Below are positions 41,465 to 49,238 of a DNA stretch of 49,238 bases, piece after piece (within the stretch, counting starts at the first letter, position 1; every line of letters starts with the position of its first letter). The DNA lies in IMG/VR virus record IMGVR_UViG_2534681703_000016, one strand, 5' to 3'. The translations under genes were made by a program, and so were the position numbers. The notes under the pieces are model-generated. The model was given only the letters and a program-made list of their open reading frames with translations, searched no databases and was not told where the DNA came from. Source of the stretch: a virus (Duplodnaviria; Heunggongvirae; Uroviricota; Caudoviricetes).

Positions 41465-41815
41465 TTCAATGCCTATGGGTAAATTTTTACCCACCCATAA
41501 TGACAGTGAAAACAGAAATTGCAAGCTATCGCGATACTTATCCACCGGAAAAATCTGCACTTTATCCACAAGTGGATAATTGAGAACTGAACTTGACCTC
41601 TTTCCCATAGCTTGTTGATGCATATCCCATAGCTTGTTGACACAAAACCCACTGATACGTGATTAATTTCCCATATTATGTTTACCAGTTGCCCATACAG
41701 GCCCCCTCTCAGGCCGCACTGTACGCGGCTTTCAGGCTCCCTAAAAGATGTAAAATAAAGAAAAAGAATAAAAAAGTACTTTATAAAAATATGCCCGTGG
41801 ATAAGTGGATAACCC
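41465..41815. promoter_or_regulatory. replication origin / repA control region
   Basis: DnaA boxes TTATCCACC (41538-41546), TTATCCACA (41562-41570), tandem GTGGATAAGTGGATAAC (41797-41813); AT-rich 41744-41790; 3-4 iteron-like copies inverted relative to the downstream array (41587-41700). Confidence 0.6.
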
Positions 41816-42155
41816 CGAGGGGAGGTGATTTTTCAGGCATTGAGCGTAAGCAGAATTTATAAGTTTTGTTCCCTGGTGCTTCCTCGCTCACTCGGGGCTT
41901 CGCCCTGTCGCTCGACTGCGGCGAGCACTGCTGGCTCGATCATATCCGTGGCCGGAAGATACTACTCCTCCCCCGAGTCGCTCTCCAGAGCCGGCTACAG
42001 CGAGACAACCCGCACGAAGATTTCTATCGTCCCTGCAGACATATTCGAATCGTTTTTATTAACCCTGGCTTCCGTCGTGACAGAACACTACGTCCTGTAA
42101 AAGGGGGACTAAGGCCCCTGAATCACACACCTGAATAATGCGGAGTTTTACGATA

Positions 42156-42242
42156 ATGTCATTGCTGGAAACTTTCCTGACCGCTTCTCAGGGGGCAACA
42201 ATCCTGTTCCTTGCCATGCTGATTTACTGGCAAAAGCGATAA
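42156..42242 (+). CDS. possible small hydrophobic peptide (28 aa; 34 aa if started at 42138)
   Basis: MSLLETFLTASQGATILFLAMLIYWQKR; followed by GC hairpin GCTGGCC-ttt-GGCCAGC at about 42254-42270; below the ORF-track length cut-off. Confidence 0.25.
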   Translation: MSLLETFLTASQGATILFLAMLIYWQKR

Positions 42243-42370
42243 ATCCAAGCGGGCTGGCCTTTGGCCAGCTTCGCTGTATAAGGGGAAAAATGCGGCATAT
42301 CCAGACATTTCACTAGGCAATTTGAATTCAGATATCTATGCTTGGGATCCGGTCAACAGGAGGTAACAAG

Positions 42371-42628
42371 ATGAAACTTGAAACTATACAGATAGATAAT
42401 ACCGTAAGGAGTGGTCTTAATTCTTTCACTGACGGGGTGATTATTCGTGATACAAAGGTATTGATCACGCTCAATCTCCCGGATGGACAGAAAACCACTA
42501 TTGAGGGGGAATGGCGGCATATGTCGGACGCCAACAGGTTGTCAGAACGTATTACGATGCTTCAGCATGCGATCTATGAGCAGTATGAAGAATACAGAGC
42601 AGATATTCCCGTCAGCTGGTCCAGATAA
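42371..42628 (+). CDS. hypothetical 85-aa protein
   Basis: ORF 42338..42628; ATG at 42371 preceded by AGGAGG; convergent with recombinase gene. Confidence 0.5.
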   Translation: MKLETIQIDNTVRSGLNSFTDGVIIRDTKVLITLNLPDGQKTTIEGEWRHMSDANRLSERITMLQHAIYEQYEEYRADIPVSWSR

Positions 42629-42685
42629 CGTCTGACAGACCTCCCCGGCGAGCAGGACGTTCGCCAGCATCATTCTCCTAAGTAC

Positions 42686-43462
42686 TTAAATATTCCCTTT
42701 CAGCATGGCTACCGCATCCGCTTCGGGCATCTGAAACTGAACTCGATGCCGCGCAGCAACATCAAGTGCGAACACCTTCGTATAGACTTCCGTCGAGCTA
42801 ATCGATTTGTGGCCCATCAGGCTCTGCAAAACCTTCAGTGGTATGCCGGCATACAGCATATGCATCGCGTAGGAGTGGCGGAACGTATGCGGGGTGACCG
42901 GCACCGAGAATGTCACCCCGTCGACGGCGGCCGCTTCAACCGCTTCGCCAATCCAGGTCCGTACTGTCCGGTCGGTGATGTCCCAGATGCGGGCTTTCTC
43001 TGTTCTGCCGGTACGCTTGTTGCGTCTTTCCAGCGGAATTTTCAGGGTGGCCACCATCATCTGCAGCTGGCTGACGTAGTGGTGATCGGAAAGCGGAACC
43101 AGACGATGAGCCTGGCTACCGGCGGGAGCTCGGCCGGCTGTCCTGGCCGCTTTTTCGGTGCGCTGCTTAAGCGTGGCCAGCTGCACGAACGGATACGGTG
43201 GCACCAGCGAAAAATCCCCCCGGGTCAGCGCCAGCGCCTCGTTGATACGTGCGCCGGTGTTCCAGAGGGTTGCCAGCAGCATCTTGCGGTGCAAATCGGG
43301 CACATAATGGAGCAGGGCGCTGACTTCCGGTGCCAGCAGGTATTTCGGTAGTTCATCTTGAACGAGCGCCATCTGGCGCAGGGCCAGCGCGGCGGGATAG
43401 TCAATGGCCACCGGCATTTGCGCCGGCTGCTGCGGGTGAGAATATGATAAGAGGCCGCTCAT
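42686..43462 (-). CDS. tyrosine-type site-specific recombinase
   Basis: 258-aa ORF with C-terminal catalytic signature ...HTFRHSYAMHMLYAGIPLKVLQSLMGHKSISSTEVYTKV (H-x-x-R-H ... Y). Confidence 0.8.
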   Translation of the reverse strand: MSGLLSYSHPQQPAQMPVAIDYPAALALRQMALVQDELPKYLLAPEVSALLHYVPDLHRKMLLATLWNTGARINEALALTRGDFSLVPPYPFVQLATLKQRTEKAARTAGRAPAGSQAHRLVPLSDHHYVSQLQMMVATLKIPLERRNKRTGRTEKARIWDITDRTVRTWIGEAVEAAAVDGVTFSVPVTPHTFRHSYAMHMLYAGIPLKVLQSLMGHKSISSTEVYTKVFALDVAARHRVQFQMPEADAVAMLKGNI

Positions 43463-44202
43463 TGGTTTGACATTCCATCAGGTATCACTAATTGATTCCA
43501 CTCCCTGTTGCGGGTAGCTTCAGCAGCGCGCAGGGCTCTTTCGCGCCTCCAGACTTTACGAAACACGGAAACTGCAGACCATTCATCATGACCTGTAAGA
43601 CGTGTTTCGGGCATCCCGGTTGCCTTGCGCAGACGGACGGCAAGAATGACAGCGTTGATGCCCAAGCGCGTGAACTGATACTGCCGTTCCCTGAAATAGT
43701 CCTTATGCCAAGGAGGGTCGGAGTATTCGGCGGCATATGCAATTGCCCTGTGGGCCTCATCCTGGAGCACCGGCAGTTCACGGATGCGATACATAAGACG
43801 TGGCTCTAAAGTCCGCCAGTCACCGGAGACATCGATCAGATTCAGTTCAGGGTAATTCGTGACAGCTTTTCTCTCAGGCTGGGGGGCATCATCATCCTGG
43901 CCGTCATCCGTCACAACCCGGAAACAACCCTCAGCATACCGTTCAAGCATGAATACCAACTCGGTGGCAATGTAATGCAGTTCCTTTTTCATTTTATCTT
44001 CTGACGCCTGTCTCTCACGCTTAAGCGTGAAATAATGTGTCAGCCAGATGCCAGTGAGTGTTATACCCCCAGTAAGCAGGCCAGTGATAAGCCCGGTTGC
44101 CACGTTTCCCCAGATCCCCGCCCCTTGATTAATCAGCTGTACGGAAACCGGATGGGATGTCGCAGCAACTATACTCTCAGTTGCGGCCTGTATATCAGTC
44201 AT
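43459..44202 (-). CDS. membrane-anchored hypothetical protein, translationally coupled to the recombinase
   Basis: 247-aa ORF; N-terminal TM segment GIWGNVATGLITGLLTGGITLTGIWLTHYF; stop overlaps recombinase ATG (ATGA). Confidence 0.55.
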   Translation of the reverse strand: MTDIQAATESIVAATSHPVSVQLINQGAGIWGNVATGLITGLLTGGITLTGIWLTHYFTLKRERQASEDKMKKELHYIATELVFMLERYAEGCFRVVTDDGQDDDAPQPERKAVTNYPELNLIDVSGDWRTLEPRLMYRIRELPVLQDEAHRAIAYAAEYSDPPWHKDYFRERQYQFTRLGINAVILAVRLRKATGMPETRLTGHDEWSAVSVFRKVWRRERALRAAEATRNREWNQLVIPDGMSNQ

Positions 44203-44252
44203 TGATCATTTACCCCTTTATATTCCTGAGAAATCCCGCCCTCTGTCCGTAG

Positions 44253-44603
44253 TCAGCGGCCGGCAGCCAGCTCTTCAGCCAGTTTCACAAACCTTTTGTG
44301 CTCAGTCTGCAGGTAATGGCTGTAAATCCGGGCATCACGTTCTGTCAGTCCGGATGGATTGCCGGTGAAGTAACGTTGCAGCACCGCAATACAGTGATTG
44401 TAGGTATCGAGATCATATTCCCAGTTTCCCAGCTCACCGGCCGCATCCAGTTCCTGGCGAAACTGCTCGTATTTACGGAGCAGAATGCCAAGACCTAATT
44501 CTGTTGCAGCATAAAGATTATTTTCTCCTGGCGCGGAAATCGCATTACGGATTTTTTCAAAAGCATAACTGAAATCATTTCTCTCATTGAATGCAGTAAA
44601 CAT
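44253..44603 (-). CDS. hypothetical 116-aa protein, first gene of the recombinase operon
   Basis: ORF with ATG start 50 bp upstream of the membrane protein gene. Confidence 0.5.
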   Translation of the reverse strand: MFTAFNERNDFSYAFEKIRNAISAPGENNLYAATELGLGILLRKYEQFRQELDAAGELGNWEYDLDTYNHCIAVLQRYFTGNPSGLTERDARIYSHYLQTEHKRFVKLAEELAAGR

Positions 44604-45176
44604 GTCCTTTCCTCAGTTGAATAGTTAGCCGTGCAATTTTACCACACCTCAATCATCGTCAGATGAGTGCCACTCTGTCGTGACAGTGACTTTCACTAGA
44701 GTGATTTTCACATACTAAAATAATAAGCAGCCATATAACAACGTAATTAAATTACCTGACGGCCGCTCTGGCCGGATCCGACTTTTATGTTATTCCACAG
44801 TTTCCGGAAGTGTACCACGCACACGGAATAACCACAGCGCCCTTTCAGGGTGGTGAGCGGCCGGTCACGGGGCAGGGGAGGGACACAACATATATGGTCA
44901 CTGACAGCTGGAAACACCGCTACATCTTGTGTTTCCGGGCCGCTGCGCGCCGGCGGGGCTGAATCAGATCCGGAACTGCCTTTTTTCGGATCTGAGCGGG
45001 AAAAGTGAGAAACCAACATAGGTGTAACATATCCATATGCCGGGCATCTGCATAGGCAAAGCATACGCATATACCTACCATCTGCATATGTAACACCTAT
45101 ACAAGCCGGGCTTGCAGGCATATACTTCACCTATGCGGGAATACTCCCTGGCACACTCAGCATATGAGGAAAAACC

Positions 45177-45407
45177 ATGCGCACAGTTTCGATATTTAAA
45201 AACGGCAATAACCGCGCCATCCGTCTGCCCCGGGACCTGGATTTTGACGGCGTCAGCGAGCTGGAGATCGTCCGGGAAGGGGACAGCATCATTCTGCGTC
45301 CCGTCCGGCCGACCTGGGGCTCGTTCGCGCAGCTGGACAGGGCCGATCCGGACTTTATGGCGGAGCGTGAGGATGTGGTCAGCGATGAAGGACGTTTTGA
45401 GCCATGA
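45177..45407 (+). CDS. vapB: VapB antitoxin (AbrB/SpoVT-type)
   Basis: 76-aa ORF MRTVSIFKNGNNRAIRLPRDLDF...; 4-bp overlap with downstream PIN-domain gene. Confidence 0.88.
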   Translation: MRTVSIFKNGNNRAIRLPRDLDFDGVSELEIVREGDSIILRPVRPTWGSFAQLDRADPDFMAEREDVVSDEGRFEP

Positions 45408-45820
45408 AGAAAACCTGGATGCTCGATACTAACATCTGCTCGTTCATCATGCGCGAGCAGCCGGCAGCGGTGCTGAAGCGCCTGGAGCAGGCGGTGCTGC
45501 GCGGTGATCGCATCGTGGTCTCGGCCGTGACATATGCCGAGATGCGCTTCGGCGCCACCGGCCCGAAGGCCTCGCCGCGCCATATTCAGCTGGTCGACGC
45601 GTTCTGCGCGCGCCTCGATGCCGTCCTGCCCTGGGACCGCGCCGCGGTGGACGCCACGACGGACATCCGGGTGGCGCTGCGCCTAGCCGGGACGCCGATC
45701 GGCCCGAATGACACGGCCATTGCCGGGCACGCCATCGCGGCGGGCGCCATCCTGGTGACGAACAATGTGAGAGAGTTTGCGCGGGTCCCGGGCCTGGTGC
45801 TGGAAGACTGGGTGAAATAA
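45404..45820 (+). CDS. vapC: VapC toxin (PIN-domain ribonuclease)
   Basis: 138-aa ORF MKKTWMLDTNICSFIM... with PIN acidic residues; ATGA overlap with vapB. Confidence 0.88.
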   Translation: MKKTWMLDTNICSFIMREQPAAVLKRLEQAVLRGDRIVVSAVTYAEMRFGATGPKASPRHIQLVDAFCARLDAVLPWDRAAVDATTDIRVALRLAGTPIGPNDTAIAGHAIAAGAILVTNNVREFARVPGLVLEDWVK

Positions 45821-45965
45821 TCCCGTAATAATTTCCGTGACGGAGACGACAGACATGAATGGGCTTTGTTGAATAAATCGAACTTTTGCTGAGTTGAAGG
45901 ATCAGATCACGCATCCTCCCGACTGGATTTGCCCCTATATTTCCAGACACCTGTTATCACTTAAT

Positions 45966-46045
45966 GGAGTGACCCCGAGCCCGTAGACAAATCTGCCCTA
46001 TAGTTGGAGTGACCCCGAGCCCGTAGACAAATCTGCCCTATAGTT
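45966..46045 (+). repeat. perfect 40-bp tandem duplication inside the IS leader
   Basis: GGAGTGACCCCGAGCCCGTAGACAAATCTGCCCTATAGTT at 45966-46005 and again at 46006-46045. Confidence 0.8.
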
Positions 46046-46063
46046 TGAGCATAGGAGGAGTCT

Positions 46064-46348
46064 ATGGGCACATCACGTTTTACCCCTGAATTTAAGGAAG
46101 AGGCCGTCCGCCAGATCACCGAGCGGGGCTATTCTATTGCTGAAGTATCTGAACGGCTCGGCGTGTCGGCGCACAGCCTATATAAATGGCTCCGGGCTGT
46201 TAAGCCTGACAACAGTGGACAGCAGGCACAGGATTTACTGGATGCCAGAACAGAAATTCTCAGGCTGAAAGCACAGCTTAAACGCACTGAGGAAGAGCGG
46301 GATATTCTGAAAAAGGCAGCGCGGTACTTTGCAAGGGAGCCCGACTGA
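46064..46348 (+). CDS. IS3-family transposase OrfA (HTH)
   Basis: 94-aa ORF ...TPEFKEEAVRQITERGYSIAEVSERLGVSAHSLYKW... with leucine-zipper-like C-terminus. Confidence 0.85.
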   Translation: MGTSRFTPEFKEEAVRQITERGYSIAEVSERLGVSAHSLYKWLRAVKPDNSGQQAQDLLDARTEILRLKAQLKRTEEERDILKKAARYFAREPD

Positions 46349-46395
46349 AGTATCGCTTTATCAACGATCACCGTGAAATCTGGTCGATCGTTACA

Positions 46396-46750
46396 ATGTG
46401 TCGGGTCCTTAAGGTTGCCCGTGCCGGATTTTATGTCTGGCTCCATAACCCTGTATCTGCCGGAGAAAAGGATAACCAGCGACTGCTGGAACTCATCCGC
46501 GACTCCTATACGCTGAGTGGTGGAGTTTACGGTTATCGCAGGGTTCATGGCGATCTTCGCGAAATTGGCGAAGTGTGCAGCAGAAACCGGGTTGCCAAAA
46601 TCATGAGGAAAAACAGGATTCAGGCTATACATGGTTATAAAGTGCCACGCGGGAGCCGGGGACGACCGTCACTGATAGCGCCTAATCACGTGCGGCGTGA
46701 ATTTACTGTAGTGAAGCCCAATCAGGTGTGGGTCACCGACATCACCTACA
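46396..46750 (+). pseudogene. IS3-family transposase OrfB, N-terminal part, interrupted after ...NQVWVTDITY by a group II intron
   Basis: ORF 46396..46815 in -1 frame relative to OrfA; coding similarity ends at 46750 where GTGTG intron 5' end begins. Confidence 0.7.
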
Positions 46751-48438
46751 GTGTGCCCGGAGTTCAGGGCGGGCATGGATGCTTAAATGAACCGCGAGTC
46801 TGTCTGGAATATTGAACCGGTAACTCACGATGAGAAACCCAACAATCCCACCGGGTGTGACGGTGGAGAACCTGAGCGGCAGTGACCTGCGGCATGCCCG
46901 CAGGGTGATGTAACCCGCTGACAACGGGGATTGAGGCGAGATCACTAAGCCGAGATGATCCTCAAGGTTAAGTACTGAAAGGCTGAAGAACATGAACCCG
47001 TTAATCCGCCTCTGTGGGTTGAAAACGTCACCACGGCCTACGTGATCTGACAGGCCGTGCAGGAGGAACTGGCAGTGATACGTAAGCACTGCCGGTCGAA
47101 GGTGTTTTGACATGTATGCGAAACACCGGGGCAGCAGCGTCTATCACGCTTGCGTTGCTGACTTCTGCCAACTTGCGGCAAGCAAGGATAAAGAGTGCGA
47201 CGGGCAGCCTCCTCAGTATGCCTGAGTCCAGGCAGGTAAACCGGGGAAGGTCAGCGACGGATGTTAAGGGGGCATGGCTCCGATGACGCGCTGGCTGGCG
47301 GAGCTTCCGTAGTAGTCCGCGATGGGGAAAGCCCATTACATGGCGAAGGGAAGCAGTTTGAATGTGTTTGCGACGTGAATTAACTGACCTAACGAGGTGA
47401 AGACCTTTGATAATCAGCGAAATGCAACGCAAGCTTGCCACATGGGCAGCCACCGATCCGTCCCTACGGATTCAACGGCTGCTGCGTCTGATAACACAAC
47501 CAGAATGGCTGGCTGAAGCGGCGCGGATCACGCTTTCATCAAAGGGGGCGCATACCCCCGGCGTTGATGGCGTGAACAAAACAATGCTACAGGCCAGACT
47601 GGCTGTTGAGCTGCAAATCCTCAGGGATGAATTACTCTCAGGCCACTACCAGCCCTTGCCCGCCAGACGGGTTTACATCCCTAAAAGCAACGGCAAACTG
47701 CGACCACTGGGTATCCCCGCGTTGCGGGATCGTATTGTTCAGCGGGCCATGCTGATGGCGATGGAGCCGATATGGGAGAGTGATTTTCATACGCTCTCAT
47801 ATGGCTTCCGGCCTGAGCGCAGTGTCCACCACGCGATCCGCACGGTGAAATTACAGCTCACAGACTGCGGTGAAACCCGGGGACGCTGGGTGATTGAAGG
47901 CGACCTGTCCAGTTACTTCGACACCGTACATCATCGACTGCTGATGAAGGCTGTACGCCGCAGGATCAGTGACGCACGTTTCATGACTCTGCTGTGGAAA
48001 ACCATCAAGGCGGGACATATCGATGTCGGTCTCTTTCGGGCGGCCAGTGAAGGTGTGCCACAGGGCGGTGTTATATCGCCGCTATTATCGAACATCATGC
48101 TGAATGAGTTCGATCAATACCTGCATGAGCGCTACCTGAGCGGGAAAGCCAGAAAAGATCGGTGGTACTGGAATAACAGTATCCAACGGGGCCGAAGTAC
48201 GGCGGTCAGAGAAAACTGGCAGTGGAAACCCGCGGTGGCGTACTGCCGCTATGCCGATGATTTTGTCCCCATCGTCAAAGGCACCAAAGCACAGGCGGAA
48301 GCCATCAGGGAGGAGTGTCGGGGTGTGCTCGAAGGCAGTCTGAAACTCAGGCTGAACATGGATAAGACTAAAATCACCCATGTTAATGACGGCTTTATCT
48401 TTCTGGGGCACAGGATCATTCGCAAACGCAGTCGTTAT
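46751..48438 (+). mobile_element. group II intron, 5' part (domains I-IV with RT ORF), 3' end removed by IS26
   Basis: begins GTGTG at 46751 inside IS3 orfB; about 650 nt structured RNA then RT ORF; terminated by the IS26 inverted repeat at 48439. Confidence 0.7.
47407..48438 (+). pseudogene. group II intron reverse transcriptase, C-terminally truncated by IS26
   Basis: ORF 47407..48465 with ...TPGVDGV..., ...RPLGIPALRDRIVQ..., YADD, FLGH motifs; last 9 codons (GTVANSRW) are IS26 sequence; maturase domain missing. Confidence 0.8.
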
Positions 48439-49238
48439 GGCACTGTTGCAAATAGTCGGTGGTGATAAACTTATCATCCCCTTTTGCTGATGGAGCTGCA
48501 CATGAACCCATTCAAAGGCCGGCATTTTCAGCGTGACATCATTCTGTGGGCCGTACGCTGGTACTGCAAATACGGCATCAGTTACCGTGAGCTGCAGGAG
48601 ATGCTGGCTGAACGCGGAGTGAATGTCGATCACTCCACGATTTACCGCTGGGTTCAGCGTTATGCGCCTGAAATGGAAAAACGGCTGCGCTGGTACTGGC
48701 GTAACCCTTCCGATCTTTGCCCGTGGCACATGGATGAAACCTACGTGAAGGTCAATGGCCGCTGGGCGTATCTGTACCGGGCCGTCGACAGCCGGGGCCG
48801 CACTGTCGATTTTTATCTCTCCTCCCGTCGTAACAGCAAAGCTGCATACCGGTTTCTGGGTAAAATCCTCAACAACGTGAAGAAGTGGCAGATCCCGCGA
48901 TTCATCAACACGGATAAAGCGCCCGCCTATGGTCGCGCGCTTGCTCTGCTCAAACGCGAAGGCCGGTGCCCGTCTGACGTTGAACACCGACAGATTAAGT
49001 ACCGGAACAACGTGATTGAATGCGATCATGGCAAACTGAAACGGATAATCGGCGCCACGCTGGGATTTAAATCCATGAAGACGGCTTACGCCACCATCAA
49101 AGGTATTGAGGTGATGCGTGCACTACGCAAAGGCCAGGCCTCAGCATTTTATATGGTGATCCCCTGGGCGAAATGCGCCTGGTAAGCAGAGTTTTTGAAA
49201 TGTAAGGCCTTTGAATAAGACAAAAGCTGCCTCATCGC
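48439..49238 (+). mobile_element. IS26 copy 2, same orientation as copy 1, running off the window end (last ~20 bp missing)
   Basis: left inverted repeat GGCACTGTTGCAAA at 48439-48452; interior matches copy 1 except for three small differences. Confidence 0.95.
48502..49185 (+). CDS. tnpA: IS26 transposase Tnp26, altered C-terminus from a 1-nt difference near the 3' end
   Basis: ORF 48484..49185 identical to copy 1 until ...KGQASAFY, then frame changes (TTTTATATGG versus TTTTATTATGG in copy 1). Confidence 0.85.
   Translation: MNPFKGRHFQRDIILWAVRWYCKYGISYRELQEMLAERGVNVDHSTIYRWVQRYAPEMEKRLRWYWRNPSDLCPWHMDETYVKVNGRWAYLYRAVDSRGRTVDFYLSSRRNSKAAYRFLGKILNNVKKWQIPRFINTDKAPAYGRALALLKREGRCPSDVEHRQIKYRNNVIECDHGKLKRIIGATLGFKSMKTAYATIKGIEVMRALRKGQASAFYMVIPWAKCAW

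Larger units (their letters stand above)
45924..46750 (+). mobile_element. IS3-family insertion sequence, 5' part (IS2-like terminal repeat), interrupted by a group II intron
   Basis: terminal sequence TGGATTTGCCCCTATATTTCCAGACACCTGTTATCACTTAA resembles IS2 ends; OrfA followed by -1 frame OrfB start with A6G slippery motif CTGAAAAAGG. Confidence 0.7.

Noticed and set aside
44747-45130. 127-aa minus-strand ORF in the vapBC upstream region
   Set aside because: Low-complexity translation, no RBS, overlaps the repeat-rich vapBC promoter; judged spurious.
45447-45950. 167-aa Pro/Arg-rich ORF antisense to vapC
   Set aside because: Composition typical of an antisense frame through a GC-rich gene; vapC on the plus strand is well supported.

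Overview
Mosaic plasmid-type segment from an enterobacterium, dominated by a truncated Mu/D108-family transposable prophage and bracketed by two directly oriented IS26 copies. (1) IS26 at 75-894. (2) A ~32 kb Mu-family prophage on the minus strand (895-32843): intact left end at 32843, D108-type immunity region (c, ner, A N-terminus), B, a semi-essential early region with gam, then gemA, mor, C, lysis cassette, head, tail and baseplate genes. The right end (rest of tail fibre S, U, G segment, gin, mom, attR) has been removed by IS26. (3) Beside the Mu left end: a C-terminal remnant of a second RepE-family initiator gene, IS1, and a group II intron whose RT carries one in-frame amber codon. (4) Plasmid backbone: SOS-regulated umuDC, a P1/F-type parAB-parS partition locus, a RepE-like iteron replicon (11 x 37-bp iterons, DnaA boxes, origin iterons in opposite orientation), a three-gene operon ending in a tyrosine recombinase, and vapBC. 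(5) An IS3-family element invaded by a second group II intron, itself truncated by IS26 copy 2, which runs off the window end. The most unusual feature is an opposite-strand gene plus unassigned genes between gam and gemA in the Mu early region. All protein calls rest on reading the supplied translations and recalled family features; no database search was run.
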